Source of the DNA: Clostridiales bacterium | GTDB taxonomy: Bacteria; Bacillota; Clostridia; Christensenellales; DTU072 | DNA length: 64,000 nt | Assembly: GCA_012799455.1 (NCBI GenBank) | Contig: JAAZLE010000096.1 | Span: 15,479 to 79,478 of the forward strand | Direction of reading: 5' to 3' | Part shown: positions 1 to 8,622 of the stretch, in pieces | Numbering within the stretch: position 1 is the stretch's first letter | Layout of the letters: every line of letters starts with the position of its first letter | Notes under the pieces: model-generated | What the model was told of the DNA's origin: nothing | The model's input: the letters and a program-made list of their open reading frames with translations, nothing else | Database searches by the model: none | Made by a program: the position numbers and the translations under genes

Positions 1-1
1 T

Positions 2-121
2 ATAGAACCTGGATTGTATTTTCCAGGGGAATATGGGATTCGAATAGAGGATATAGTAATTGTTAAGAAGAGCGGTGCGCAAAACTTGACAAAATCATCA
101 AAACAATTAATAATAATCTAG
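2..121 (+). CDS. C-terminal fragment of an M24-family Xaa-Pro aminopeptidase (5' end lies outside the window)
   Basis: Frame 2 reads [39 protein letters not shown], followed by TAG at 119-121. The G-x-RIED segment is the usual C-terminus of M24 prolidase-type peptidases. Such a peptidase commonly precedes efp in Firmicutes. Confidence 0.7.
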   Translation: MEPGLYFPGEYGIRIEDIVIVKKSGAQNLTKSSKQLIII

Positions 122-143
122 TTATTACTTAGGAGGTAAAAAC

Positions 144-710
144 ATGGCATATATTACAGCAGGTGACTTTAGGAAAGGTATCACATTTGAAATTGAAAAC
201 GGATCAGTACAGGTGATTATTGATTTTCAACATGTAAAACCTGGAAAGGGAGCGGCATTCGTAAGGGCAAAAATGAGAAATGTTATGACGGGTAGTGTCA
301 TCGAAAGAACGTTTAATCCTAATGAAAAGTTCGAGTTAGCTCATATTGAACGTAAAAAAATGGATTATAGTTATAATGATGGAGATTTATACTACTTCAT
401 GGATACAGAAACTTATGATTTGATTCCAATGAATAAAGAGTTAGTAGAAGATGCGTTACGTTTTATAAAAGAAGGCTCACAAGTAGATGTTGCTTTTTAC
501 AAAGGATCTGCTTTTTCAGTAGAGCCTGAGAACTTTGTTGAATTACAAATTGTAGAATGCGAACCTGGGTTACCTGGTGCCACTGCACAACCAGGAACTA
601 AATCTGCGGTTTTAGAAACTGGGTTTTCTATTCAAGTGCCTTTATTTGTAAACGAAGGGGAGATTGTTAGAGTAGATACACGAACTGGCGAGTACATGTC
701 AAGAGCCTAG
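144..710 (+). CDS. efp: Translation elongation factor P
   Basis: 188 aa with the [16 protein letters not shown] loop typical of EF-P. AGGAGG at 131-136 lies 7 nt before the ATG. Confidence 0.97.
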   Translation: MAYITAGDFRKGITFEIENGSVQVIIDFQHVKPGKGAAFVRAKMRNVMTGSVIERTFNPNEKFELAHIERKKMDYSYNDGDLYYFMDTETYDLIPMNKELVEDALRFIKEGSQVDVAFYKGSAFSVEPENFVELQIVECEPGLPGATAQPGTKSAVLETGFSIQVPLFVNEGEIVRVDTRTGEYMSRA

Positions 711-801
711 TAATGTATATGATCGATTAAAAAATATTATTATAGAGCATAAGGATTTTTTATCAAATATATGGGTTTGAATTAGAAAGTTTGGTGCGAA
801 A

Positions 802-830
802 TTGTTATACGAATAGTGGTATGTTATAAT
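802..830 (+). promoter_or_regulatory. Sigma-A-type promoter ending 7 nt before the ATG at 838 (leaderless-type layout)
   Basis: TTGTTA (802-807), 17-nt spacer, TG at 822-823, TATAAT (825-830). No SD lies between the -10 box and the start codon. Confidence 0.5.
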
Positions 831-837
831 TAAAACT

Positions 838-1155
838 ATGGTTAATACATCTGAAACACATCTAGAATCAAGATTAAAAGAACTTATCGAACTGGAAGTT
901 AGTAAAGCCATTTCTATTACTGAAGGGGTGAGACTATCAAAAGCCTTTCTTGAGCGTTCTGATAATGAAAGTGCGGTAGAAATTTTTTTTCTTAACCATA
1001 TAATAGATGTTACAGTTAATGTTGATGTAAATTATGGTATTATCATTACGGATTTAAGCTGTAATTTACAAGAAAAAATAAAGTCATTAATAGAAAAAAA
1101 TACGAAATTTAATCTAAGAAAGATTAATATAATCGTACATGATATCGTTTTATGA
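838..1155 (+). CDS. Asp23/Gls24-family (alkaline shock-like) protein
   Basis: 105 aa. The C-terminal pattern VTVNVDVNYGIIITDLSCNLQEKIKSLIEKNTKFNLRKINIIVHDI matches the Asp23-family layout. It sits directly upstream of nusB as yqhY does in Bacillus, and its stop overlaps the nusB start (ATGA). Confidence 0.8.
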   Translation: MVNTSETHLESRLKELIELEVSKAISITEGVRLSKAFLERSDNESAVEIFFLNHIIDVTVNVDVNYGIIITDLSCNLQEKIKSLIEKNTKFNLRKINIIVHDIVL

Positions 1156-1565
1156 GCATTACTACAAGAAGAAAAGCGCGAGATGATGTATATAAACTAG
1201 TTTTTGAATATTTGTTTACTAAAAAAATAAATCAAAAATTATTAGCAGTTACTTGTGCCAATAATATACCAAGAGAAGATGTTGATTATATAAAAAAAGT
1301 TTATTTTGGTGTTATAGAAAAGTTCCAAGAACTAAAAATATATGTAGAAAAATATGCAGAAGGATTTGTTTTTGAAAGGGTGTATAAAACAGATTTGACT
1401 GCAATATTAATAGCAACTTATGAAATCCTTTACATGAGTGACATCCCTAATAATGTTGCTATTGCAGAAGCAATTGAACTTGTTAAAAAGTATTCTACAC
1501 CGAAAAGTAGTTCTTTTGTAAATGGCGTGTTGAGCTCTATTAATAAAGATATATCTAAGGGTTAA
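1152..1565 (+). CDS. nusB: Transcription antitermination factor NusB
   Basis: 137 aa, NusB-sized helical protein beginning RRKARDDVYKLVFEY. Conserved position between the asp23-like gene and xseA. Confidence 0.9.
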   Translation: MSITTRRKARDDVYKLVFEYLFTKKINQKLLAVTCANNIPREDVDYIKKVYFGVIEKFQELKIYVEKYAEGFVFERVYKTDLTAILIATYEILYMSDIPNNVAIAEAIELVKKYSTPKSSSFVNGVLSSINKDISKG

Positions 1566-1566
1566 T

Positions 1567-2754
1567 ATGGATTCGAATTACTTAACCGTTTCTGAACTTA
1601 ATTCATATTTAAAGTATAAAATTGAAGAAGACCCATTGTTGTGGGATGTGAATGTAAAAGGCGAGGTAGCCGGTGTTCGCGTGCACAAACGTAATTGTTA
1701 TTTTACGCTGAAAGATGAGCTAGCTCAAATTCAAATAATTTGTTTCAACGGCGCAAGTTGTAATATACCAAAAGAAGGAGACTATGTTCTAGTTGAAGGA
1801 AAAGTGTCTTTTTATGAAAAAAACGGAAATATTTCATTTATAGCACAAAAAATTGAACCATTTGGAAAAGGAAGGATTAATCAGAATATAGAGTTATTAA
1901 AGGAACGGCTGTTGAAAGAAGGGTTGTTTGATTCTGAAAGAAAGAAAGTTCCACCATTATTGCCTCGTAATATTGGTGTAGTTACAAGTAAAGATGGTGC
2001 CGTAATACAAGATATATATAGCACTATTAGAAAGTCTAATAATTTCATTAATGTTTACGCAATTAATGTATCGGTGCAAGGAGTTAACGCCGTTAGAGAA
2101 ATTACATACGCCTTGAAAAGAGCGGATGAGAGCATGATGTTTGATATAATTATATTGGCTAGAGGAGGCGGGTCTGTAGAAGATTTAATGGCGTTTAATA
2201 CGGAAGAAGTAGTCCGAGCACTAGCAGGTTTGAAAACATTTTCCATATCAGCAATTGGGCATGAAACAGATAATACTTTATGCGACTATGTTGCAGATCA
2301 GAGATGTTTAACACCTACTGCAGCAGGGGAGTTTGTCTCTGCGCTAAGTAATAACACTGTTAATTTAGTTTACTCTTCCTTAACGAGCATAGATACATAT
2401 CTTAAAAATTTGATATCCAAATACAATCATAGAGTTTATGTTCGTACAAAAGACTTAATATTTAATTATCATAACAAAATAGAAAGTTATTTAAATAGGG
2501 TAAAATTGGCTACATCTTCTATTGAAACAAAGGTTGATAAGAAGTTGCTATCAGTAGAGAAAAATTTAGCATCAATAATATCTACATTGAAAGCGATAGA
2601 TCCAAATAAGCTGTTTGAAACCGGATATTTTAAGATTATGAAAAATAATGAAAATATTAATACTATTAAATCTTTAAAATCTAATGATAATGTTAAAATT
2701 TTTGGTAAAGATGGTTTTGCTCACGCAGTCATTGAAGAAACAGTCATAAAATAA
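1567..2754 (+). CDS. xseA: Exodeoxyribonuclease VII large subunit
   Basis: 395 aa. N-terminal OB region (LTVSELNSYLKYKIEEDPLLWDVNVKGEV), a RGGGS motif (ILARGGGSVEDL) and GHETD. Followed by xseB. Confidence 0.95.
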   Translation: MDSNYLTVSELNSYLKYKIEEDPLLWDVNVKGEVAGVRVHKRNCYFTLKDELAQIQIICFNGASCNIPKEGDYVLVEGKVSFYEKNGNISFIAQKIEPFGKGRINQNIELLKERLLKEGLFDSERKKVPPLLPRNIGVVTSKDGAVIQDIYSTIRKSNNFINVYAINVSVQGVNAVREITYALKRADESMMFDIIILARGGGSVEDLMAFNTEEVVRALAGLKTFSISAIGHETDNTLCDYVADQRCLTPTAAGEFVSALSNNTVNLVYSSLTSIDTYLKNLISKYNHRVYVRTKDLIFNYHNKIESYLNRVKLATSSIETKVDKKLLSVEKNLASIISTLKAIDPNKLFETGYFKIMKNNENINTIKSLKSNDNVKIFGKDGFAHAVIEETVIK

Positions 2755-2806
2755 AATAGAACGATGGCCACATATGTTGCTATTAGTAAGGGAGGGTGTC
2801 ATTATT

Positions 2807-3010
2807 ATGATATTGGAAGATAATATTAAAAAGCTTGAGGAAATTGTAAAAAAAATAGATTCTCAAAACATCAATATTGAGGAAAGTCTTGCACTATACG
2901 AAGAGGCAATTAATTTATCGAAATTGTGTTTAAATGGTGTAAAAGAGTACAAAGGGAAACTGGTTTTATTAACTAAAGAGCTGGAAAATATTACTCAAGA
3001 TGGGGAATGA
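2807..3010 (+). CDS. xseB: Exodeoxyribonuclease VII small subunit
   Basis: LEDNIKKLEEIVKKIDSQNINIEESLALYEEAINLSKLC is a typical XseB helix pair. GGAGG at 2791-2795 precedes the ATG at 2807. The ORF-track start at 2774 has no SD, so the start is uncertain. Confidence 0.85.
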   Translation: MILEDNIKKLEEIVKKIDSQNINIEESLALYEEAINLSKLCLNGVKEYKGKLVLLTKELENITQDGE

Positions 3011-3828
3011 TGAATAATTATATTGATAATCTTATTGAAAAAATTGATTATGAACTAAAAAATGTTTTAAACTGTTATAGAGGCTTTATACCCGATGCGT
3101 TATATGATGGTATGTTTTATGCCTGTTTTGGTGGCGGGAAAAGAATTAGGCCTGTTTTAATGCTTGTAACTGTTGAATCTATGCGAAAACCTTTTACCAA
3201 AGAAGTCATGACATTAGCTGCATCTATTGAAATGATTCATAGTTACTCTCTGGTGCATGATGACTTGCCTGGTATGGACAATGATTTGTTTAGAAGAGGG
3301 AAGCCTACAGTTCATGTTAAATTTGGGCAAGGTATGGCTATACTTATTGGCGATGCGTTGTTAAACACAGCTTTTGAGATAATGAGTGTTGTAATAAAGG
3401 ATGATAATAGCTTAAAAGCATGTTCCTATATTATTAATAAAGCTGGGGTTAAGGGAATGATTGCTGGTCAAACTAAAGATATAACTTATAATAATGAGCA
3501 CTTGGAGGAAGTTTTAACAATTTACGAAAATAAAACATCTGCTTTATTTCAAGCATCTATGGTTGCCCCAGCAATATTACTTGGTTTGGATGAAAAAATC
3601 ATTGTGTCGTTAGAAGAAATTGCTAAGTATTTAGGCTTAATATTCCAACTAAAAGATGATTTATCTGATATAAACAGAAGTAATGAAAAGTTAAATACTG
3701 TCAAGATTTCAAATAAACGCATAATTGAGGGGTTGATTGCTGACTTTAGGCAGAAAGTAGAGTTAATTCTCGAATGTATTGGTTTTAAAAATACTAAGTT
3801 ACATAAAGTTATAAGAATGTACTTCTAG
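3007..3828 (+). CDS. ispA: Farnesyl/geranyl-diphosphate synthase (short-chain polyprenyl synthetase)
   Basis: First Asp-rich motif LVHDDLPGMDNDLFRRGKPT and second motif FQLKDDLSD. Conserved xseB-ispA adjacency, with an ATGA overlap onto xseB. Confidence 0.9.
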   Translation: MMNNYIDNLIEKIDYELKNVLNCYRGFIPDALYDGMFYACFGGGKRIRPVLMLVTVESMRKPFTKEVMTLAASIEMIHSYSLVHDDLPGMDNDLFRRGKPTVHVKFGQGMAILIGDALLNTAFEIMSVVIKDDNSLKACSYIINKAGVKGMIAGQTKDITYNNEHLEEVLTIYENKTSALFQASMVAPAILLGLDEKIIVSLEEIAKYLGLIFQLKDDLSDINRSNEKLNTVKISNKRIIEGLIADFRQKVELILECIGFKNTKLHKVIRMYF

Positions 3829-3927
3829 GCGCTGACTAGTGTTTTGTATTAGCATTAGTTTAGTTATCTCTCAAAAGTAGATGGAGTTTTCAGTTTCATA
3901 ATAAAAAGCGTGTAGAAGTATGTTTGT

Positions 3928-3956
3928 TTGCGTTATTTATGGTGCTGTGATATAAT
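3928..3956 (+). promoter_or_regulatory. Sigma-A-type promoter for the large ncRNA
   Basis: TTGCGT (3928-3933), 17-nt spacer, extended -10 TGaTATAAT (TATAAT 3951-3956). The predicted start near 3963 coincides with the 5' strand of the RNA closing helix. Confidence 0.5.
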
Positions 3957-3962
3957 TAAATC

Positions 3963-4535
3963 AAATGGTGGTACAGTATTCTAGTCAGATACGGTACGAG
4001 CAAAGGCGGGGTTAAAATACCGTCAAAGAGCATATCGATGAAGTTTCTTGTGTTAGCTTAGATTGCCCAAATCTGGGTTGATGCTGGGAGTTAAGATTTT
4101 TGGGCGTTCTGCAAAGGCATGTTGAAGCCGTCCCAATTATCGTGGAGACCTATTTCGGCGGGGTTCACATTCTTCTGAATAGGATTAAACCTGTATTGCG
4201 GTAACCAATATCTGTGTGCAGTGTAGCTTGCCTTGAGTGAACTAATGAGGACTAAGGTTTCGGATTTCTATTAACACGCGAGTTTTTAGAGATTTTTGCT
4301 TATGAAACTTAGTTTGCAAAAGAGGATAGTTCGTATCCATTCTGTTAAAGAAATTTTCTAGACTGTTTTAAATTAAGGATTATGGTGTGTTCTTAGTGGT
4401 GATTCGGTTATACTGTGAGCGATCCTGTGTTGTTTGATTTAAAAGGAAACTGCTTGTACGGCGACGACGAGTATCAAATAGGGAAATCCTACCGAACCTG
4501 ATGACGCAAGGTTTACTTAGTTTAAGCCACCATTT
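3963..4535 (+). ncRNA. ole: OLE (ornate, large, extremophilic) RNA candidate, about 570 nt
   Basis: 712-bp ORF-free gap that is visibly richer in G+C than its flanks. A 10-bp closing helix pairs 3963-3972 (AAATGGTGGT) with 4526-4535 (GCCACCATTT). Local helices include 3991-3996/4018-4023, 4323-4327/4334-4338 and 4495-4499/4509-4513. It sits between ispA and a small 4-TM protein inside the nusB-xseAB-ispA...nadK-argR-recN cluster, the published OLE context. No RNase P or tmRNA signature motifs were seen. Confidence 0.75.
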
Positions 4536-4540
4536 GTTAG

Positions 4541-5287
4541 TTGTATTTAAATTTATGGGGTTTTAACTTGAAAGTAAAAAAAGAGCGAAAAAATAAAATA
4601 CCATCTAATATTTGTAGACCAGATGAAGGGGCATTTTCATTAGAAATTAAAGAAGAACATTTGTCTTCGTCTCAGGAAGAAGATATACAATTTCAACAAA
4701 AACAAAAACAGAAAAGAGATAAAAAAAACCTTAAGAAGAACAACACTGTTAAATGGACTATTAAAATCACCATAATAACATTAATTTTGGCATTGATTTT
4801 TTCTTTTGCATCAGAGTATGCAGGTTTATTACATTATTCTATGTCTATTATTCTTTTAATATTGCTTATTTCCTTTAGCATTGTTGCGGATGCTATAGGT
4901 GTTGCGGTTACCTCATGCGACCCGGAACCAATATATGCAATGGCAAGTCGAAAAGAACCTGCAAGTCGCCAGGCGCTGTTACTTGTTAGAAATGCGGAAA
5001 AGGTATCTAATATCTGCTGTGACGTTATAGGTGATATTTGTAGTATTGTTAGTGGGGCTTGCTTAATAATTATTATTACGAAAATGACAGTTAATTTAGA
5101 ATCTAATATACAATTAATAATGAATATTATTTTTTCCAGTATCGTTGCTGCGATTACAGTGGGAGGTAAGGCTATAATGAAAGATATAGCTGTAAATAAG
5201 TCTAAGGACTTAGTTATGATTACGGCCAAATTTATGTCTATTTTTTATAACCCAAAAGAAAAACCTAAGAGAAAAAGGAAAAAATAA
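4541..5287 (+). CDS. oapA: OLE-associated membrane protein OapA-like
   Basis: Lys/Glu/Gln-rich N-terminus followed by about four hydrophobic helices with conserved-looking acidic motifs (SIVADAIGVAVT, CCDVIGDICSIVSGA) and a basic tail. It begins 6 nt after the RNA 3' helix. The start is uncertain: TTG at 4541, or in-frame TTG at 4568 preceded by GGGG at 4557-4560. Confidence 0.7.
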   Translation: MYLNLWGFNLKVKKERKNKIPSNICRPDEGAFSLEIKEEHLSSSQEEDIQFQQKQKQKRDKKNLKKNNTVKWTIKITIITLILALIFSFASEYAGLLHYSMSIILLILLISFSIVADAIGVAVTSCDPEPIYAMASRKEPASRQALLLVRNAEKVSNICCDVIGDICSIVSGACLIIIITKMTVNLESNIQLIMNIIFSSIVAAITVGGKAIMKDIAVNKSKDLVMITAKFMSIFYNPKEKPKRKRKK

Positions 5288-5298
5288 GATAAATAGCC

Positions 5299-5327
5299 TT
5301 GTTTAAAGCTAGCATGATATATATAAT
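5299..5327 (+). promoter_or_regulatory. Candidate sigma-A promoter upstream of nadK
   Basis: TTGTTT (5299-5304), 17-nt spacer, TATAAT (5322-5327). Confidence 0.4.
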
Positions 5328-5393
5328 TTAAACTATACTAAGTAAAAGCATTTGTTTTTAAATCAAATATGACGTTTTGGGTGTATAAAACAT

Positions 5394-6236
5394 ATGAAAA
5401 TAGGAATATATGCAAATCTTAATAAAGATATTGGTGGTGTTTCAACAAAAACTTTGTACGGATTATTTCGTAACAAGAAAAATTGTAATGTGTTTTTATC
5501 GGCGGAATTGCAACAGTTAAATCTAGATGCAGTATACCTTAGCAAAAATATCTTAGCTCAAACATGCGATGTAATCGTTGTTTTGGGTGGGGATGGTACA
5601 ATTCTTAGAATAGCAAAGGAATGCGCAATACATGGGGCGTTAATTTATGCAATTAATTTAGGTAGTAAAGGTTTCCTCACGGAGGCTGAAAATATTGAGC
5701 TGAAGGATCAAGTAGATTTTCTTTTATTAGGAGAATATTCTACTGATGAAAGACAATTGTTAGAAGTTAACTTTCATGAAAATACATTTTTTGCCCTAAA
5801 TGAAGTAGTACTAGCTCGTGGGTCGCGAGTGAAAACGATAAGATGTGAGGTTCGGCAAAACAATGAACTTATAGATAAATATGTTGCTGATGGCGTGATT
5901 GTAAGTACCCCAACGGGGACTACAGCATATAATCTATCGGTGGGTGGGCCTATAGTAGCGCCAGATGTTCCGGCTTTGATAGTCACTCCTATATCGGCTC
6001 ATTCGCTGCATTCAAAACCAGTAGTTATAAGTGATAAAAATGAAATTAACGTATGCTTATTAAACGCAGATCCCTATGCCCACTTGAGTATTGATGGAGA
6101 AGATGTAGTTAAAGTTATAGAGGGGGATGCTTTTCGTGTAAAAACATCTAATTTACAAGCTAAATTCATACGCCAAAACAATTATAGTTTTTTTGAAAGA
6201 TTATCATATAAATTTAGGAAGTGGAGTGAGTTTTGA
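5394..6236 (+). CDS. nadK: NAD kinase
   Basis: 280 aa with the GGDGT motif (VVLGGDGTILRIAKE) and the typical C-terminal beta domain. Conserved position before argR-recN. Confidence 0.93.
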   Translation: MKIGIYANLNKDIGGVSTKTLYGLFRNKKNCNVFLSAELQQLNLDAVYLSKNILAQTCDVIVVLGGDGTILRIAKECAIHGALIYAINLGSKGFLTEAENIELKDQVDFLLLGEYSTDERQLLEVNFHENTFFALNEVVLARGSRVKTIRCEVRQNNELIDKYVADGVIVSTPTGTTAYNLSVGGPIVAPDVPALIVTPISAHSLHSKPVVISDKNEINVCLLNADPYAHLSIDGEDVVKVIEGDAFRVKTSNLQAKFIRQNNYSFFERLSYKFRKWSEF

Positions 6237-6238
6237 CG

Positions 6239-6682
6239 ATGCAGAGAACTAAAAGGCAAGAAAAAATATTATATATTATTGATACTGATAACATAGAGAA
6301 TCAGCAACAATTAACAGAAGTTTTGAACAAAGAAGGGTTCAGGGTTACGCAAGCGACTGTATCGCGAGATATGAAAGAACTTGGACTATCAAAAAGAAAG
6401 GGAATAGATGGTGTTGCATATTACAAAAGACCGATAGACCCAAAGCTTAGCAAGCTTAAAACATTATTTCACCAATCGGTTACAAAAATTGACAGCACGC
6501 AAAATATAATCGTCATTAAGACATTAAGCGGTAGTGCTAATTCTGCGTGCTCATTGATAGATAAAATTAATCATCCATACATCGTTGGCACAATTGCGGG
6601 AGACGATACAATTATTATAGTTGTACGATCTTCAGAAGTTGTTCCAACCGTGCTTAAACTGTTAGAGAGTTATAGGGACTAA
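6239..6682 (+). CDS. argR: Arginine repressor
   Basis: N-terminal winged helix (QQQLTEVLNKEGFRVTQATVSRDMKELGL) and C-terminal GTIAGDDTIIIV motif. The GGAGTGAG SD ends 8 nt before the ATG at 6239; the ORF-track TTG at 6233 is less likely. Confidence 0.93.
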   Translation: MQRTKRQEKILYIIDTDNIENQQQLTEVLNKEGFRVTQATVSRDMKELGLSKRKGIDGVAYYKRPIDPKLSKLKTLFHQSVTKIDSTQNIIVIKTLSGSANSACSLIDKINHPYIVGTIAGDDTIIIVVRSSEVVPTVLKLLESYRD

Positions 6683-6686
6683 TTAC

Positions 6687-8387
6687 ATGCTTTTATCATT
6701 ACATGTTCAAAATATTGCTGTAATACGCGACTTGACAATTAATTTTAATTCGGGATTAAATGTAATATCAGGAGAAACGGGGGCTGGAAAATCCATTGTG
6801 ATTGATAGCCTTAATTTTGTTTTGGGTGAACGAGCCGATCGCTCACTAATTAGACATGGGGAAAAGATGGCTGTCGTTCAGGCCAGTTTTTATTGTGCTA
6901 GCAATGTAGCTGCCCTCGAGTTGCTTGACGAATATGGCATCGAGTTTGACGTAGGCGATGGTAGGATCTTTATTAGGAGAAGCATGACGCAGAACGGGCG
7001 TTCAGAGTGTAAAATTAATGGCTGGGCTGTAACGTTAGGTCAGTTACGCCGTTTGGTTTGCTTGTTAATTGATGTTCACTCGCAGCATCAAACGCAATCT
7101 CTAATGGATGAACAAACGCACATAAGTATTTTAGATTCATATTCAAAAAGAATTATTACTGTTTTAGAAGATTATGAGAAGCATTTTATCGAATATAAAA
7201 ACCTATTAAAAATAATGTCTGAATATCCTGATGAAAGTAGCTTGGATAGAGAGATAGATATGTTGAACTATCAAATTACCGATATTGAAACTGCACGATT
7301 AGAATGTGGAGAAGAGGAATTATTAATAGCAGAAAGAAACAGGCTTCAAAATAATGAAAGATTATTGGAATCGGCTAGAACTATTGTTTCTTTAATTGAT
7401 GGCGGTGAAAGTATGGGAATAGATACTGCGTTATCTCTCATACTAAAGCAAGTATCCTTTATGGAAAAATTTGATTTGTCCATACATGATTCGCGCGATA
7501 GGTTTGAAAGTGTTCAGATTGACATTAATGACCTCAAAGATTTATTTTTAGAATACTTGGAGACGAATGCAGATGGTATGGAGAGACTTACATATGTTGA
7601 GCAAAGGATAGACACGATAAGAAAAATTAAGAGAAAATACGGAAATGATATTACAGAAATACTTTATAAGTTAGAAGAGTATAAAAAACGTTTAGATTTT
7701 TTAAGCAATGCTGAGTCTAGCTTGTTTAAGATAAGAGATAGCATTGATAAAACGTCTAATATATTGTTAAAGACAGCTAAAAATCTTAATGAAGAGAGGG
7801 TTAAAACAGGTCGGCTGTTGTCAGCTGAAATAAAAAAACAGCTTGTTGAGCTAGGAATGAAGCATGCTGAGTTTGATGTTGAAGTGGATTTTTGCGGAGA
7901 TGTATTGAATGGTCTATCATATAATGGTGGAGACGCTGTAAAGTTTGTTATAAGTTTAAACCCAGGCGAACCTTTGAAGCCATTATCAAAAGTAGCCAGT
8001 GGTGGGGAAATGAGTCGTGTTATGTTGGCTATCAAAAACATAACTGCAGATTTGGAAGATATAGAGACATTAATTTTTGATGAGATTGATACTGGTATTT
8101 CAGGTAATGCTGCAAAAACTGTGGCAAAAAAATTATATAATATAGCAAGCACCAGACAGGTTATAGTTGTTACTCATCTTGCGCAGATAGCAGCTATGGC
8201 TGATTGTAATTTTCTCATTACCAAGAGTACATATGAATCAGAAACGGTTTCGGAGATACATCAATTAAATTCGGAAGAAACGATATATGAATTGATGAGG
8301 ATATTAGGTAGTGAGGCGAAAAGTGAAGTTGGATATGAACACGCTAAAGAATTAAAACATAATGCAGACTTATATAAGCAAATATAA
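6687..8387 (+). CDS. recN: DNA repair protein RecN
   Basis: 566 aa. Walker A GETGAGKSI, a long coiled-coil middle region and a C-terminal SGGE signature (ASGGEMSRVMLA...FDEIDTGISG). Confidence 0.96.
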   Translation: MLLSLHVQNIAVIRDLTINFNSGLNVISGETGAGKSIVIDSLNFVLGERADRSLIRHGEKMAVVQASFYCASNVAALELLDEYGIEFDVGDGRIFIRRSMTQNGRSECKINGWAVTLGQLRRLVCLLIDVHSQHQTQSLMDEQTHISILDSYSKRIITVLEDYEKHFIEYKNLLKIMSEYPDESSLDREIDMLNYQITDIETARLECGEEELLIAERNRLQNNERLLESARTIVSLIDGGESMGIDTALSLILKQVSFMEKFDLSIHDSRDRFESVQIDINDLKDLFLEYLETNADGMERLTYVEQRIDTIRKIKRKYGNDITEILYKLEEYKKRLDFLSNAESSLFKIRDSIDKTSNILLKTAKNLNEERVKTGRLLSAEIKKQLVELGMKHAEFDVEVDFCGDVLNGLSYNGGDAVKFVISLNPGEPLKPLSKVASGGEMSRVMLAIKNITADLEDIETLIFDEIDTGISGNAAKTVAKKLYNIASTRQVIVVTHLAQIAAMADCNFLITKSTYESETVSEIHQLNSEETIYELMRILGSEAKSEVGYEHAKELKHNADLYKQI

Positions 8388-8622
8388 CCTGGTAAAAAGA
8401 GGGTAAATATTAGTTAAAACCGTTAATTCCAAATAAATTGCTCTATATTTAGCCTTAAATTATAATTATTTTTTAAGAATAAAATCATTATAAAATACGA
8501 TTCCCCTAGCTATGGATGTAGAACTTTTATACTTGCAAACAATTGTATTAACAATACTTCTTTTACTTTTATAACTAATAATGTTATAATTCCTTGAATT
8601 AACATGATTGAGGTTATTATTT

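Noticed and set aside
3829-4540. Alternative identities for the large noncoding region: RNase P RNA, tmRNA, a T-box leader (GGTGGTAC occurs at 3967-3974), or a missed protein gene
   Set aside because: There is no GAGGAAAGTCC-type RNase P motif, no tmRNA tag frame or tRNA-like end, and no downstream aminoacyl-tRNA synthetase gene or terminator/antiterminator pair. No ORF of useful length is present. Size and synteny fit OLE much better.
7664-8152. 162-aa - strand ORF inside recN. The same applies to 27818-28360 (+) inside ispH-rpsA, 9692-10261 (-) inside pheT and 4834-5229 (-) inside oapA.
   Set aside because: These antisense ORFs show no recognisable motifs and lie fully within well-supported genes. 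Long spurious antisense frames are expected in AT-rich DNA.
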